DNA of 61,711 nucleotides, the filler included, from Choristocarpus tenellus KU-1152 (lineage: Eukaryota; Protista; Phaeophyceae), in NCBI GenBank assembly GCA_964200185.2. It is 12 parts of 12 records of this genome, joined end to end, with 100 filler letters (N's around TTAATTAATTAA, not from the genome) between each part and the next. Parts side by side here need not be neighbours in the genome. Positions count along the whole stretch, not along the records: positions 27,395 to 37,506 come from CAXNAD020003143.1; positions 37,607 to 41,183 come from CAXNAD020019150.1; positions 41,284 to 49,704 come from CAXNAD020004732.1; 9 more parts are not named here. One strand, 5' to 3'. The number at the start of each line of letters is the position of its first letter. The first letter of the stretch is position 1. The notes beneath the pieces were generated by a model. That model saw nothing but the letters and a program-made list of their open reading frames with translations. It was not told where the DNA came from and ran no database searches. Of this stretch, positions 36,878 to 49,223 are shown piece after piece. Both the position numbers and the translations under genes were made by a program.

Positions 36878-38975
36878 GTCAGTTTGTGTCCGTTTGGAGG
36901 TAGAGTGTGACAGCATCCATGGCATAGATTTTTTTATTTTTTACTCTTAAGGGTTAAATTTTTCACATATTGTGATTTCTTACATATATTTATTTAATCA
37001 TATTTTTTATGGTTAAGAAAAGTTGAGTACAGTACTACTAGAATAGATGTCAGATTTTGTTTTGCAGTTGCTTTTCGTTTATTTTTATATTCAAGGTTGT
37101 TTGTCTTATACTCCGTGCTCCATGTACTACTTCCGATGGAGGCCTAGCTGGTGTATTTGTGTAGTATTTGTGTTAAAGTGCCCACTAATCTGTTTTAAAG
37201 GCAGTTCTAGATTAGGACTTCGTTGATGCTGATGTACTACTGAACCGTTTCAGAACCGGTTTTGGGCCTTGTTGAATCACAGCTCCACCCAAACAAGAGA
37301 AATGACAGTTACTGCTATCCTTAGTGTTGGATAAAGGCACAAACTGTTGACGATCAAAGATGCACACAAGTAGAGCAGGTATGTGGCCTGTTGGAGTCAT
37401 GGCCTTTCTGACTTTCTCCAATTAATACCTCACCCCACCTCCCCACCCCCCCATCCCCCCTGACACTTTTTCCCGTGTGATGTATTGTGACCAACTTCAA
37501 GGGCTANNNNNNNNNNNNNNNNNNNNNNNNNNNNNNNNNNNNNNNNNNNNTTAATTAATTAANNNNNNNNNNNNNNNNNNNNNNNNNNNNNNNNNNNNNN
37601 NNNNNNGGGGGCTAAGGGGGCCACCACTGATCGTGGTGCGTTTTTTTTTGTTGTAGGACTGTTGTGAATTGGGGTGTTCCCGTTTTTTGAGGTAATGAGC
37701 GAGTGAGGTTGTGAAAAAGAAAAAAGAAAAAGAAAAGGTGTAATACTTTTTTGTTTGTTTTTTGTTGGAAATCAAGATCGTGTTTTTATGAAAATGCGTA
37801 TTGATAGCAATGACCCGATGACGGCGGCGGTGGGGGTGGTGGTGGTGATTGATGCTTGATAAAACAGATGAAAGAGAAGGGAACTGACGGGCTGTTGGGG
37901 TGGGCATATTGATACTTGCTTTCTTCTGAGAAAGAAAATGCACCTTACAAAGTTTTTTTTAAGACGGAACACAGTCGGTATCTGTGTTCCGTCTGTGCGA
38001 TTATTATTATTTTTCTGAGTATATTATTCTCATTATGAAACATGCACGTAGGAGTGAAAAGGGACTTTGAATTGCGATGAAATGTGTGTGTGTGTGTGTG
38101 TGTGTTTGTGTTTGTGTCGTCAGAATTGCAGAACACACTTTTAGGTCAAAGTACACCACACGTCAAAAATCAAACAATGCTGTTGAGTGTTTTCTTCATG
38201 AATAAGAATCGTTTTGTTGCTTGTCGACGACAGGTCCTGAATCTCATTTATTTGTTCATGTTTTAGTCAATAGAATCCGCGTGGGGAGGGGGGGAGGGGG
38301 CATCATTTCAAGCTGTTACGTTACGCCAACACTATTTGTACTGCAGTGTTTGATAGTTGATAGCTGTTTTTGCAAGGTAGGTGATGGCGTGCGTGGCCCT
38401 GCTTTGTTCTTTTTTTTTAAACTGTTTGTAGGGTACTGGTCTATTTTTAGTATATTATTGTTCAACCAATCGGCACTCAGCACACATGAACAGGAAGGCG
38501 ATTCATTGGTCGAACTGCATGTTGTTTTGTCCTGGTATAACACTAATACGCTTACGATAGGAAAGGGATGGAAGCATTTGTTGTTTTGAGATGCTTGGCG
38601 AAACGCCTCTTCCTCTCTACATAACAAGTAAGTGGCAGTTCCCTACAACCGGCAAATTGATCACTTCACCAGCATGACACAAGATTATGCTGTAACCTTG
38701 GGACTCTGAGATGTCTCCCCGCCCGCCCCCCTATCCCCCCTTTCACACATTGTATCTGTTGATTCTCAATCCCCCTTTGTTCAGTTTCTGCCCACTCCCC
38801 CCACCCCCACCTTGCCCTTTCCTCAATCAACACCGTGAACATTAGATTCACATTATAGATTCACATTATAGATTCACATTATATAATGCACACACACACA
38901 CACACACGCACGCACTCACCCACACCCTTCCATTGATTGGTTGATTGATTGATTGATGATCATCTTAGCGTTCAG

Positions 38976-39292
38976 CATTGGTGCATCAGCCTCTTCGTGC
39001 TAGAGGGGCTGGCTGTCTCCCCGACAAGACCACTCTCGACCGTGCTCCTGCGTTGGCAGCTCTCTGTGAAACTGAAAGCCTTCGACAGTGTGGCAGGAAC
39101 AGCAGTGAGGCCGGCGGAGAGGGCCGACGTATTAGGGGGGGGGGGGTCTTGGGAGATTTGGGGTCTTCTGTTGAGGGTGGGGGTGGTCGGAGGCAGGGCC
39201 GTTTCCGGCATCACCTGGTTCTCACGAGCGCTGTTGGTAGTCATGCAGACGCGGATAGTCTGGGTAGAATGTACCTGGAGCCAGCTTGGTAG
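38976..39292 (+). CDS. ATAD5: Probable terminal exon of an ATAD5/ELG1-like protein
   Basis: TTCAG acceptor, then ...TTLDRAPALAALCETESLRQ...(Gly-rich insert)...RRQGRFRHHL...DSLGRMYLEPAW*. Resembles the ATAD5 C-terminus '.EYLP.LR.IC.TE.L......RRF.HY'. Confidence 0.4.
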
Positions 39293-39930
39293 CGTTGTGG
39301 CAGTAGGCCAGATAGGAGGGGGGAGGGCAGGGGAGGGCCATTGGGAGGTCCGTCCAAAAACGGTAGATTTTTCGTGGTGGAATTGAAGTATCGGCCCATT
39401 AAAGTTGTATGGAAGAAGTGGTAATTTTTTTTCTTTTTTTCCGTGGTTGCAGAGTATGTAATGTAAGAGTATTTTGGTTTAGCAATTAGGTGTAGAGAGA
39501 GGTGAACAGGGGCGAGTGAAGCGGGAACGCTTTTGTTGTTTTATGTTTTTGTGTAGGGGGAGCTGTTATTGATAGCGGCAGTGATGAACGGTAGTTTGTT
39601 GTGTCCTGGTGAAGGAGTGTGATAACACACGCCTGTGCTCAATATTACGTTAAATGCTTTCTTTTTTTTCTGATAGCGCAGTCGTTTTCTCAACAACAAC
39701 AACAAAAATCCTCTCTCTCTCTCGGTCTTTTGTTGGAATCATATTATTATCCTTGTGAATTGAATTTTTTAGATAACAGACTGAGCTCAGTCAATCCCCT
39801 TCAAAAAAATGATCTTGTTAGATCCAGAGAGATAAAGGAAAGATATCCTTATCGGTGGTTTGATTAGCAGGGGCTGTCTCAGATGCGTGCATGCTCTCTA
39901 TCCCAATATCCTCAGGAATATAATTCTTCT

Positions 39931-40570
39931 GGGTCAAAGTAAAGGAGAGGTATCTAGAGTTGCATTTTGAGGATGCTGACAAATATTTAAAATATTCGAA
40001 AAAAAAATTAACAAAAAGGTGTAGGGTATTTTCTGAGCTGTGTCGGAAAATTCTCAAACAAGAGTGGTATACACTCACAAGTCAAAGTTAGAACTTAATC
40101 CATAGAACTATCGGTGAAATGCAAGATATTGAATGCTGGCTTACAATGCAAAACAGTCAAAACCTGGGTAGGGTACCTCTGTTACAGCACGCTCCAGAAG
40201 CTTACTTTCACAGGATGTACAGCTCCAGTCCACAAGCCTATAGATGACGATGGTGCACGTGAGGGTCTCCTGATGCTCATCTCGTCAAGTATGCTGGATC
40301 TCTCACTTGGATTATTCCCTTCATAAATACGTACCAGTTTCATTGTATAAAAAAGGAACCGGCAACAATGTACTACCTGACAATATATCAATAATAAATA
40401 AATAGTCAAGAAAAGTACAAATATATCAAATCTAGGACTTCAAGGTCATAATGGTGTTTATGAAGCTGCCATGAAGACATATTGCCTGCAACACCTCTTG
40501 TTTTCTTTGGCTCTATGGGAGGAAGCGTTGACTTGCTGCAGACTACCTGTAACCCTCTCGACTTTCAACC
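39931..40570. mobile_element. MITE family D copy whose right TIR is split by an insertion
   Basis: Left end GGGTCAAAGTAAAGGAGAGGTATC. The right TIR GGGTACCTC|...|TCGACTTTCAACC resumes after 40553. Confidence 0.6.
40180..40553. mobile_element. Solo-LTR candidate (~374 bp)
   Basis: TGTTACAG...CTGTAAC inverted termini, CCTC duplicated on both sides, and a second diverged copy of the first ~95 bp at 50766. Confidence 0.55.
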
Positions 40571-41114
40571 AAGTGCTACTATTTCATTGATGCATTATTT
40601 TATCACTTTAGTCTGGGACTAGGGACATGGCTCAACTCTAACCTTGACCCGTATTCGGAGGGTCTACTTGCACACTGCCCTGTTTCTCATTAAACTGCCA
40701 AATCTGGCACTGCGATTTACTAATTACACTGTCCCATGGATGTCTTGCTTTTTGTATTGTGTGTTGGGTTCAGTCATCCCACCGCTTGTTACTCCTTACA
40801 TCCTCCCTCATTGACTCTTAAGCAGTCCTCACTTGGCTGTGCAATGAAGCCTTGGTACTACAATTAAGGCATTCTGCTTTTTTTTTGGCGGTTTTTGTGG
40901 TTGTCAAGAGGAACACGCCTTACAGGTGTTGCACGATTGTTGTGCTTGCCAAGTACAATCACCGCACACTCAAGCCCAGCACTTCTTAAATGATATCAAC
41001 AGAGTTACATGTATATGCGTGTCTGTATGTACTCCAGTATTTGGTAGGTGCTACTAGTGCTTCCTTAATTACCGTACAGTCAAGACAAAAGTCATACACG
41101 AAAAGGATACGACA

Positions 41115-41183
41115 GGCTCAAAGTATCTGGGAGGGGGTAGCGACTGTCCATTTGGGGTCAATTTTTTCATGTCGCGATTTTTG
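41115..41183 (-). mobile_element. MITE family B copy truncated by the gap
   Basis: GGCTCAAAGTATCTGGGAGGGGGTAGCGACTGTCCATTTGGGGTCAATTTTTTCATGTCGCG. Confidence 0.8.
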
Positions 41184-41283
41184 NNNNNNNNNNNNNNNNN
41201 NNNNNNNNNNNNNNNNNNNNNNNNNNNTTAATTAATTAANNNNNNNNNNNNNNNNNNNNNNNNNNNNNNNNNNNNNNNNNNNN

Positions 41284-41478
41284 GTGGTGGTGGGGGGGGG
41301 GGGGGGGGTCGGCGTGGTCGCGGGGGTCTACACTGGAGTGCCCATTTGGACCAAAACCAGGAAAAGTGCACCTTCATTATCCATCCAACGTATGGAACCA
41401 AATCACTCAAAAATCGAGACATGAAAATTTGGCCTCAAACGGACAGCTGCCACCCCCCCCCCCCAGATATTTTGCGCC
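41284..41478 (+). mobile_element. MITE family B copy at a contig start
   Basis: Aligns with 14680-14839. Confidence 0.8.
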
Positions 41479-42379
41479 ATTCCAGATCAGTGCAGATTTG
41501 CATTGGTCATCATACAGAGCTCTAGTATACAGGGATTGAAGTACGGCAGGCCGAATATTTTTTCTCTAGGATTGATTTTTCCTTCATTAAGAGGTGGAGC
41601 ACATGCATACCCTCAATGACCTCCGTCAATGATCTTGAGGATTGATAATTGATGAACGCCAACCAACATCACAAAATGTTGATTTTTCTAGTGCACTCAC
41701 AAAATGTTTTATTTGACAGCAACATGCCTGTCCCGTTTTAACAGTACAATAGATCAACTGAAAAAAGGAGTGGGCATCATAGAGGACAACCATTTCCACG
41801 CATTGGTTTTATGTAGGAGGAATTGCATTGAAAAGCGCAATGGAGTCAAAGCAAGGCGCTTCAATGGATGTATAACCATTTTGACGTTATCTAGCAAGGG
41901 GTTGGCATGGTCAGTGTAAGACAATCTCACCCCCTTCATCGGCATGGTCACTACCTACCATTTGTTAAAATGAGAACGGTTGAAATTTACAAAAGGAATG
42001 AGATGAATAGGTAATGAGTAAACTAACTAAGGCTCCGGTACTACCTCAGAGGTTTCACCCCCTCAGAAGTGTCTCAATAATTAATTCCAAACGAAACAGC
42101 TGGTTTGACGGATTCCCACCCCTCTAACTTTGCTAAAGTCGTGTATACTTAATAAATGTCATAGAACATTATATACACAAGTCACCAGACCAGGGAGGGG
42201 ACCCAGGAGTTGAAGACCCACAGCTACGAGCCTACATGTATTATACCCCTCTCCACAGATAAAGATAGATATGTCACTTAGCAGGAACCATCCCTTGTCA
42301 GGTTACCCAAAAGTTAAATTGATAGTGAGGGAAACAACAAAAATCCAAGTTCTTTCAAGGTGTTAGGTAACATCTATGC

Positions 42380-44056
42380 TCACTGTTTACACAAGCGCTC
42401 TATCAATGGTTGCCAGGGATCTTCTACAAAAGAAGCTTTGTAGAATCCTTCATTTCCCAGGCCCATTCCCCTGCCCATTCCCTCTCCTCCACCCCTGCCT
42501 CTTCCCCAACCACGTGGACCAAACCCTTGACCCTGATCTCTCACAATCTGGCGCTCACCACCCCAACGTCCACTTCTACCACTCCCCATACCTCTACCTA
42601 CCCAAATTCTAGCTCCTGCCTCCCCTCCTCTGCCTCCTCTTCTGCCCCCACCTCGCCCCCTTGCCCCCTCCGGTCCCAATGCCCACAAGTTACCAGGGGC
42701 ATCATTGTAGTCCCTCCTAGGACCTCCCTTTCCGCCTGCACTACCTCCACTTGGTCGCCCTTGCGCATAGAGGTTTGATGATTCTACAGGTCCAGGGTAT
42801 GGGGGAGGGTAGAAGGGCCCTGGGGCGTATGTAGGATATGAATGATGTGGGGGGCGAGGGGGGGGTGGATGGTTCGGAAAATGACTTGAGTTAGGCTGCA
42901 AGAACACACGTGCTGCGGGATGAGCTGTTGATGGAGGTCCATAAATGTTCGGTTCTTGGTCCGAGGTATGATGGATATGTGGGGTGGGATGGATGGGACC
43001 CTGACATCCCTGCTGTTGGTTGGAATTGTTCGGCAGAGCTCCAGTCCCCCATCCTGTCCAGGAGCAAGGGATCGAAGACGCAAACAGCCAGAAGGGTGAG
43101 GCATGGGTCAGTTCTGGCGACACATTTTATCTGGTGAAAGCCGGGAGAGCACAAGCGAAATAGGGTAGGGAGATATAGGCATGGTAGAGAGAGAGTGTTG
43201 TTCGAGAGGTAAGAAGAGAAGCCGCAGACTGGGAAGACATTCGCCGCTAGGAAAGGATAGGAAAACCTTCACTTCGTCGTGCAGAGATGCTGCTTGTATG
43301 TGGATAATATGGCGAGTGATAGCCGCTTGTCAACGCATGTCCAAGGTCACAGCCGAGTTGCATGTGTCCAACTGAGAGAGTTGGACCAGCATATTGAAAA
43401 CGATGAACCAATTGAATAGAAGGGTGCAATTTGATGTCCTCAATGCGCGCAATTAGGCGACTCACCAACCAGAAGGGGTGGCCCTCTTGCACCCGGCCGT
43501 TCATCCCCACCCCCTCTGCCAGTGGAAGAGCTGAATACACTCACCCCATACTCCTCGTCAGTGCCAGCACGGCGTAGTGACGGGCTGGTCGAGCGCAACG
43601 AGACAAAGAGCCAAAGGATTGCAATAGAGAACAGATTTTCTACATCGGGTGAGTACAGAATATTCTGTGGTGTGTGGTATCGCGAGTAAACCAATGCACA
43701 ATCTTTCAACGCGACATATCTGTAAGCTTTTGACCTCTTGTAGGTTTCTGCTGGGTTAGAGGTCAAGCACCGCATCAATGTAACCCGGCCTAATATTGGT
43801 TTTCGCACCGTCAGGGCCAGGTTCAACATGTGTAGACTATCCTATCAATATTGAACGCTTATTCGCCGAAATCATTAATATGCAAAGCAGATCTATCTTT
43901 TGGGAGGAACTCTGTGACGAAGTTGATGAATATGGTATAGACTACACACCTGGCTGCAGACTCGTTCTTTGCCATCCGAGCATTGTCAGCCCCCGCTTGC
44001 GCTTTCCTGGCCTTAAGCTCAGCCAGCTTTCGTTTGCGGTCCGACTGGTCGGCCAT
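42380..44056 (-). CDS. MPLKIP: SICKLE/MPLKIP (TTDN1)-like Pro/Gly-rich protein, apparently complete; exons 44056-43950, 43530-43466, 43053-42380
   Basis: N-terminus MADQSDRKRKLAELKARK (like plant SICKLE 'MEDSEKRK..LK'), Pro-rich then RGG-rich middle, and C-terminal FYKASFVEDPWQPL (MPLKIP 'Y.KPSMLEDPW..L' motif). GT-AG junctions with phases 2 and 1 are compatible. Confidence 0.82.
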
Positions 44057-44646
44057 GGAAGACGTCACGGAAGGCTCAAGGAGTGTGGGAGTATTGTTGC
44101 GGTCTTCCAAGTCCAGGGTACAGCCTAACCAAAAAACAGTAATAACGAATATATTGGTAATCAGAAAACTCATCACTTTAACCGAAAACGGTATCATATG
44201 AACTGTTTTAGTACGTACATGCAACCAACGTTTAATCATCCGCCACAACACTACCCACCCTCACACCCGCAGCCCCAGACTCGTGATCTGGTTCATCTTT
44301 AGCTGCCAAGACTGGCCATAGTCTTTTCCATTGCTATTGAGCGAGAGAGGTAGCACTTATTCTACCCGGAGAGGTTTTAGAGAGCCATGGGCATCAAGGT
44401 GCAAGAAGTGACGTAAATTATGTTGGTACCAGTCACTGCCCACTTCAAAGCTACTGCCACCTCTCCTTTTGGGATCCCCCCTCTCGATGTGTTTACATAT
44501 CCCATCCTTTGGATTGAATTTAAGAGCAAGGGAATGGTTCTGAAAGGCGGCGGCTCGACGTATTGCTGTTAGCTATTGGTAATTCATTTTTTTGTCCTCA
44601 ATGCTTCTGGTCATCTGGTACTCCAGATTGGCCTCACCCAATTGTA
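44057..44646. promoter_or_regulatory. Probable bidirectional promoter/5'UTR region between divergent genes
   Basis: 590 bp between two outward-facing ATGs; free of MITEs. Confidence 0.5.
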
Positions 44647-47600
44647 ATGGAGATGCACCGTGGTACCCTGCAATTGAAGCAGGTGATATATTCAACCGTG
44701 GTAGCGGCAGTGGGTGTGGCCCTTACCGCAGATGCCTTCGTGGCGCCTGGAAGTCTTGCTGGCAAGGTGGGAACAACAGCATGGAGAACTGTACCCGTGA
44801 CGCCGACAGGGGCAACTTGTGCTAGAGTGCAACAAGCCGCCGTCACATCTCAGTTGGACCTAGTGAGGTATCGAAATAGGTTAGTGCCTCCATGGTTGTG
44901 GTTTGTACACAAGTTTCGTGCACTTCAAATTTTGCTTTGGTTGTGCAACAATCACAATGTTGGATAAAGTACATGATGAGGGCATGACTTCCAGATAGAC
45001 TTTACCCTTCTCAAGCTATTGCCTCCTCTTCTCCTTCTAAATTACGGCAGCGGTGCTGTAGTAGGCAGAAGAATGTTGAGGGCGCTGCACGCCCGTCTTC
45101 CTTTTGTTGATGTGACTGTTTCCACATCTTGATATTTTTATCGCTGTTTTTTTCAAAAGTCATGGGAAGCTCTTGGAGATGCGCAGCATGTACCAGAGGG
45201 GCCCTAGAGGGCATAGTTTTCCTCAACTTTATGTTCTTGGAGAGTCCTGCCTCCTTTAATCCACAGGCAACCGTTTGATACACCCTCCGTCTTATGTGCG
45301 CTGCGTGCTAGTTGCATTTCTGTGATGGTGACTTCGGTTGTGCAATGATAATTAAATTTAACTGATGAAATGGGTGGATGGTCGGGCATGCTGCATTCAT
45401 TATCAATATATTATTACTACTTGTGGAAAGGCTGAACATGGTTGCCGGGACAGAGTTGGCGGACTCAACGAACCTGCTTTTTGCACAGATGGCAGGTGAG
45501 GGTTATAGATTGTGACTGTTACACGGTGATGAATAAATAGATGAGCTGCTGAGAGGCGGTCAAATTCATGCTTTTATTGATATTGGAAGCTGTCATGTGT
45601 TGATTTGAAGGTGGGCTATTCATGGACCCACGTATTGCCCTATATATTATCCATGCCTTGTGCTGTGTGCCTTCCACCTTGTGGAGGTGTCAGTAACTCG
45701 TGTAGTTCCTGTCAAAGCAAGTAGTGCAATCTCCCCCTCCCCACCCGCTCTCCTTCAAACAAGAGCTAAGGTGTGTTGCAATGGCTACTTGTACAAGGCA
45801 ATGTGATGTTTGTTGATCCTATTGTAAACCATTGTTGAAGTGTAGTAGCAGTAGTGCATAACCACTGTCTTCCAGAAATGTTTTTGAGGTGAAAGAGGGC
45901 TACTGAGAGCAAAGGTTCAACTTATTCCTTTGGCACATCTTCATGCACTGGAGTTGAAAAGTCTTTGCATGATACATTGGGCAGCTTTTGGCTTTGGTCT
46001 GTATATGTATGCAGCAGTTTGATACTCTTGGATGTTGAAACGCTTAACACACAGATAAATTCCCTCTCTGTGTATAGCTGTATTTCGTGACGCCTATCTG
46101 TAGTCACAGTTGTATAGTTTGTTTTACAGGGGTACCAAATGCAGTGTAGTATCTATGGTTTGATCCTCTCAATGTAGCACAGTGCCATGAGGCGTATCGT
46201 CAGTCAATGTTCCACAACAGAAGGGACAGGCATCCATATCACTACCCTCTTGAAAGCATATGTCTCATGTATGTGTGAGGCAAGGAAGCAGTTGTACAAT
46301 GTTGACAACAGTTACTCAACTCTTGAGTGTAATCAAACAATCGGTATCAATAATATTCCGATAAGTTTCTCTTTGCCATGAACTCGGGATGCTACTGATG
46401 ATGGATAAAGAGGGTAACGAACATGGCACACTCCAATATGTAAACATCCCAGCCCCCCTCCTGTACCCACCAATGTTATGACATGGTATGTAGGACAATG
46501 AAGGTGACATTTGGGTTACTGTTGTACTCCTGTATCTGAACAAAAATGGTTGGCATTACATTCCACCAACTGGTAGAACCAATAGTGTTCTGAAACATCA
46601 ACAGGTAAAAACAAAAAAAGAAGAATATTTACAACAATTCCGAGCGTCAAGATAGTGTTGCCGCTGTTGCAATGAGGCATAGTAGTAACTACCTCAAAAT
46701 CTTGACAACCTGCCAGTTCATGATATTTTCCTAGACAACTATTGGCACCTTTGTATTGGGACCTAAGTCGTTGCTGTTGTGGTGTGTCTTCATGTCAATA
46801 AATAGAATGTGAGTGCTCCTCCCCCTCTATAACCTGCCACTGCCCCCTGGCAGAGTGAATAAGATGACGCTCACTCTTTGAACATTGTATGAAGATGTGT
46901 ATCTGTTTGGTTTGCTGTTGCCCTTGGTTTAGCGAGTGTCTTCCTTGTCATTGACCACTGATGCAAACATTTTAGTGAGCAGGTTTTGGGGTAGTGCTAT
47001 TATAGGGGATATGTTATGAAAGGCGAAGTATTGACCCAAAAGAATTCTACTACTGTCCCACTCAGCGAATGGGATGCGTTCATTCACCCTGCAACTTTCA
47101 CAACGCCTGATTCCTGCTCCCTCTTCTTGCACCGGATATGCTTTGATTTCGCCACCTGGTGATGTCTCTGTGACCACAGGCTGCACAGGACTCATTGGAG
47201 CAGGGTACAAGATCACCTGGGATAAGGGAGAGGAGGGAGGGGAGGAGGAAAATGAGGGGGAAGAAGGGGAGGTATGGAGGCTTGCGTATACAAAGAGTTA
47301 TGCGTGTGGGGTGAAGAGGGAACATGGGGGGAGGAAAAGGGTTAAATTCGAATGGGGTCGTGCTTGTCTCACTCTTGAGGACTCTCAAGTCTGTAAACTG
47401 CATGGATATGGGTTTTGTATTGCTTTGGATGCCTACGGATCTTGTGAGTTGCGGTGAGAGTAATGGTCGTTTGTGTAGTACAGGCGTGATAAGTCATATT
47501 AGCGGGGATTTTTTTTTTTGTTATAAATTTGTAGTGGTTGCTGGGAAGGGCAGGCAAGGCAGCGCCGGCCTGGGGAGTGAAGCTGTAGATAGGGGGAGGA

Positions 47601-49223
47601 GACTGACTTACTCGTCTTGGGATTTATTTTATTTTATTTTACGAATGTGCACTCTCCCTGTGTGTAGGTGGGTGTTTGTAGAGAGGTATTTTCGATGCAT
47701 GCGTGTGCGCTGAGGCTGTCCAATGTTTTTTTGTTTTTTTCAGGGTTGGGTTCTTCGTACTTGATGCAAAGTCACCGTTTGTAACCTTGGTGGTTGACCA
47801 CAGTCCGTACAGATCTACTTGTTTGATTATATCATGGCTTCTAATCCTACCCCCTGGAGTAGTACGAGAGCTGTGGCGAGCATTTTATTGTGAAAGAGAG
47901 TGAGGATTTGGTTGGTTCTTTTCCAAACCCTTGCGTGTACGTACATACGCCTTGCCAAGGCCATCAGAAATTCCCTCTCTGTGCCGAAGTTTTTTTTTTG
48001 CAAATGAATCCCCCCGCTTGTTCTGAGAGCTGAGTCGTGTTCTTTTTAATATCAGGCTTTTTTTTATTTTTATCGGGCTTGATCGAAGGAATGGAAACAA
48101 AGCAGAAAAATAAAAATAAAAATACATATACATCACCGTGATCTTTCCCTTTTTTTTGTTTTATGTGTTTGTATGCATGCATGCCCTTTATGTACGTATG
48201 TATGTATGTATGTATGTGTGCGTTGTCGTGACGAAAAAAGGTGGATATTTTCAGAGACACGGCGTTGAGGTACTTGGGTTATGCCAACGAATGCGGGGAG
48301 GCGTTTAGGTGAGCATAATCAACAAGGGCGACAAACACACGAGTGACACCCCTGTTAATGCACCCTTTACACACACACACACACACATTAGTTGTACACA
48401 CACACACACACACACACATTAGTTGTACACACACACACACACGCACATTAGTTGTACACACACACAAGACATGCTTCGATGATTTGCCTTGGCAAGGACT
48501 GCGACGTGGTTGCACTGACTGAAAGTATCTTAGGGTTAGGGTACGACTTTTGCCCTGTTTGTTTGTTTGTTTGTTTGGGAGCTTGGCTTCCCATGGGTTT
48601 TTTTTTAATGACATTTTCCAACTCCAAAATGTTTGGGAGTTGTTAAAATGTATGTGTGTTATGAAAAGGAAATGCTGAAGTTGCTTTAAAGGCCACTATA
48701 GCCCCCTCGCTTGCACCCCCACGCTCCCCACACCAACGTCGACACTAACCTCTTCCACCGCTCTTATGGCCACGCACACGAGGCATTGCTCAAGTCCACC
48801 GCCACTTCAATGGGAATGTCCGAAACATAGATGTTGACACTTCCTAACAAAAAGTGATGGCCAAAATTTAATTTAAATCACAACATTGGATTTTGACCTC
48901 CAAATGGATGCAACTCTACCCTCTAAGATAATTTGGATCTCTCCTATGTCATGTTCCAGCAATCTATGAATAGTCCCCTCACTCCCCAATCTCCACCCGC
49001 TGCCTTGCTCCCCGTCCCCGTCCCCTTCCCCCCCTGCCATTGGCTGTCCCTCTCCCCCTGGTGTGCATGCTATTATTGTTAGGCCACTGATTCCTGAGGT
49101 ATTTGTGTTATTGTCATATGCGGTGGCTATCGCTTACGTGTCTGCCGACGCTGTGTCTAAGGGGTACAGCTGTGTCAAGGATAGCAAGGATAACTTCGAT
49201 GGAGACAAGGGCGTGGGCTCTGT
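44647..49223 (+). CDS. MTFP1: MTP18/MTFP1-family membrane protein with an N-terminal bipartite plastid-targeting presequence, 3'-partial; exons 44647-44867, 45431-45495, 47180-47271, 48241-48308, 49083-49223
   Basis: VDIFRDTALRYLGYANECGEAFR|PLIPEVFVLLSYAVAIAYVSADAVSKG is the MTP18 signature. Exon 1 encodes hydrophobic VVAAVGVALTADA followed by FVAP. Junction phases 2, 1, 0, 2 are all compatible. Confidence 0.82.
48369..48466. repeat. (CA)n-TTAGTTGT compound repeat x3
   Basis: Direct reading. Confidence 0.9.
48517..48939 (-). mobile_element. MITE family A copy interrupted by a ~145-bp insertion
   Basis: Family A halves at 48517-48674 and 48819-48939 flank an unrelated C-rich segment. Confidence 0.8.
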
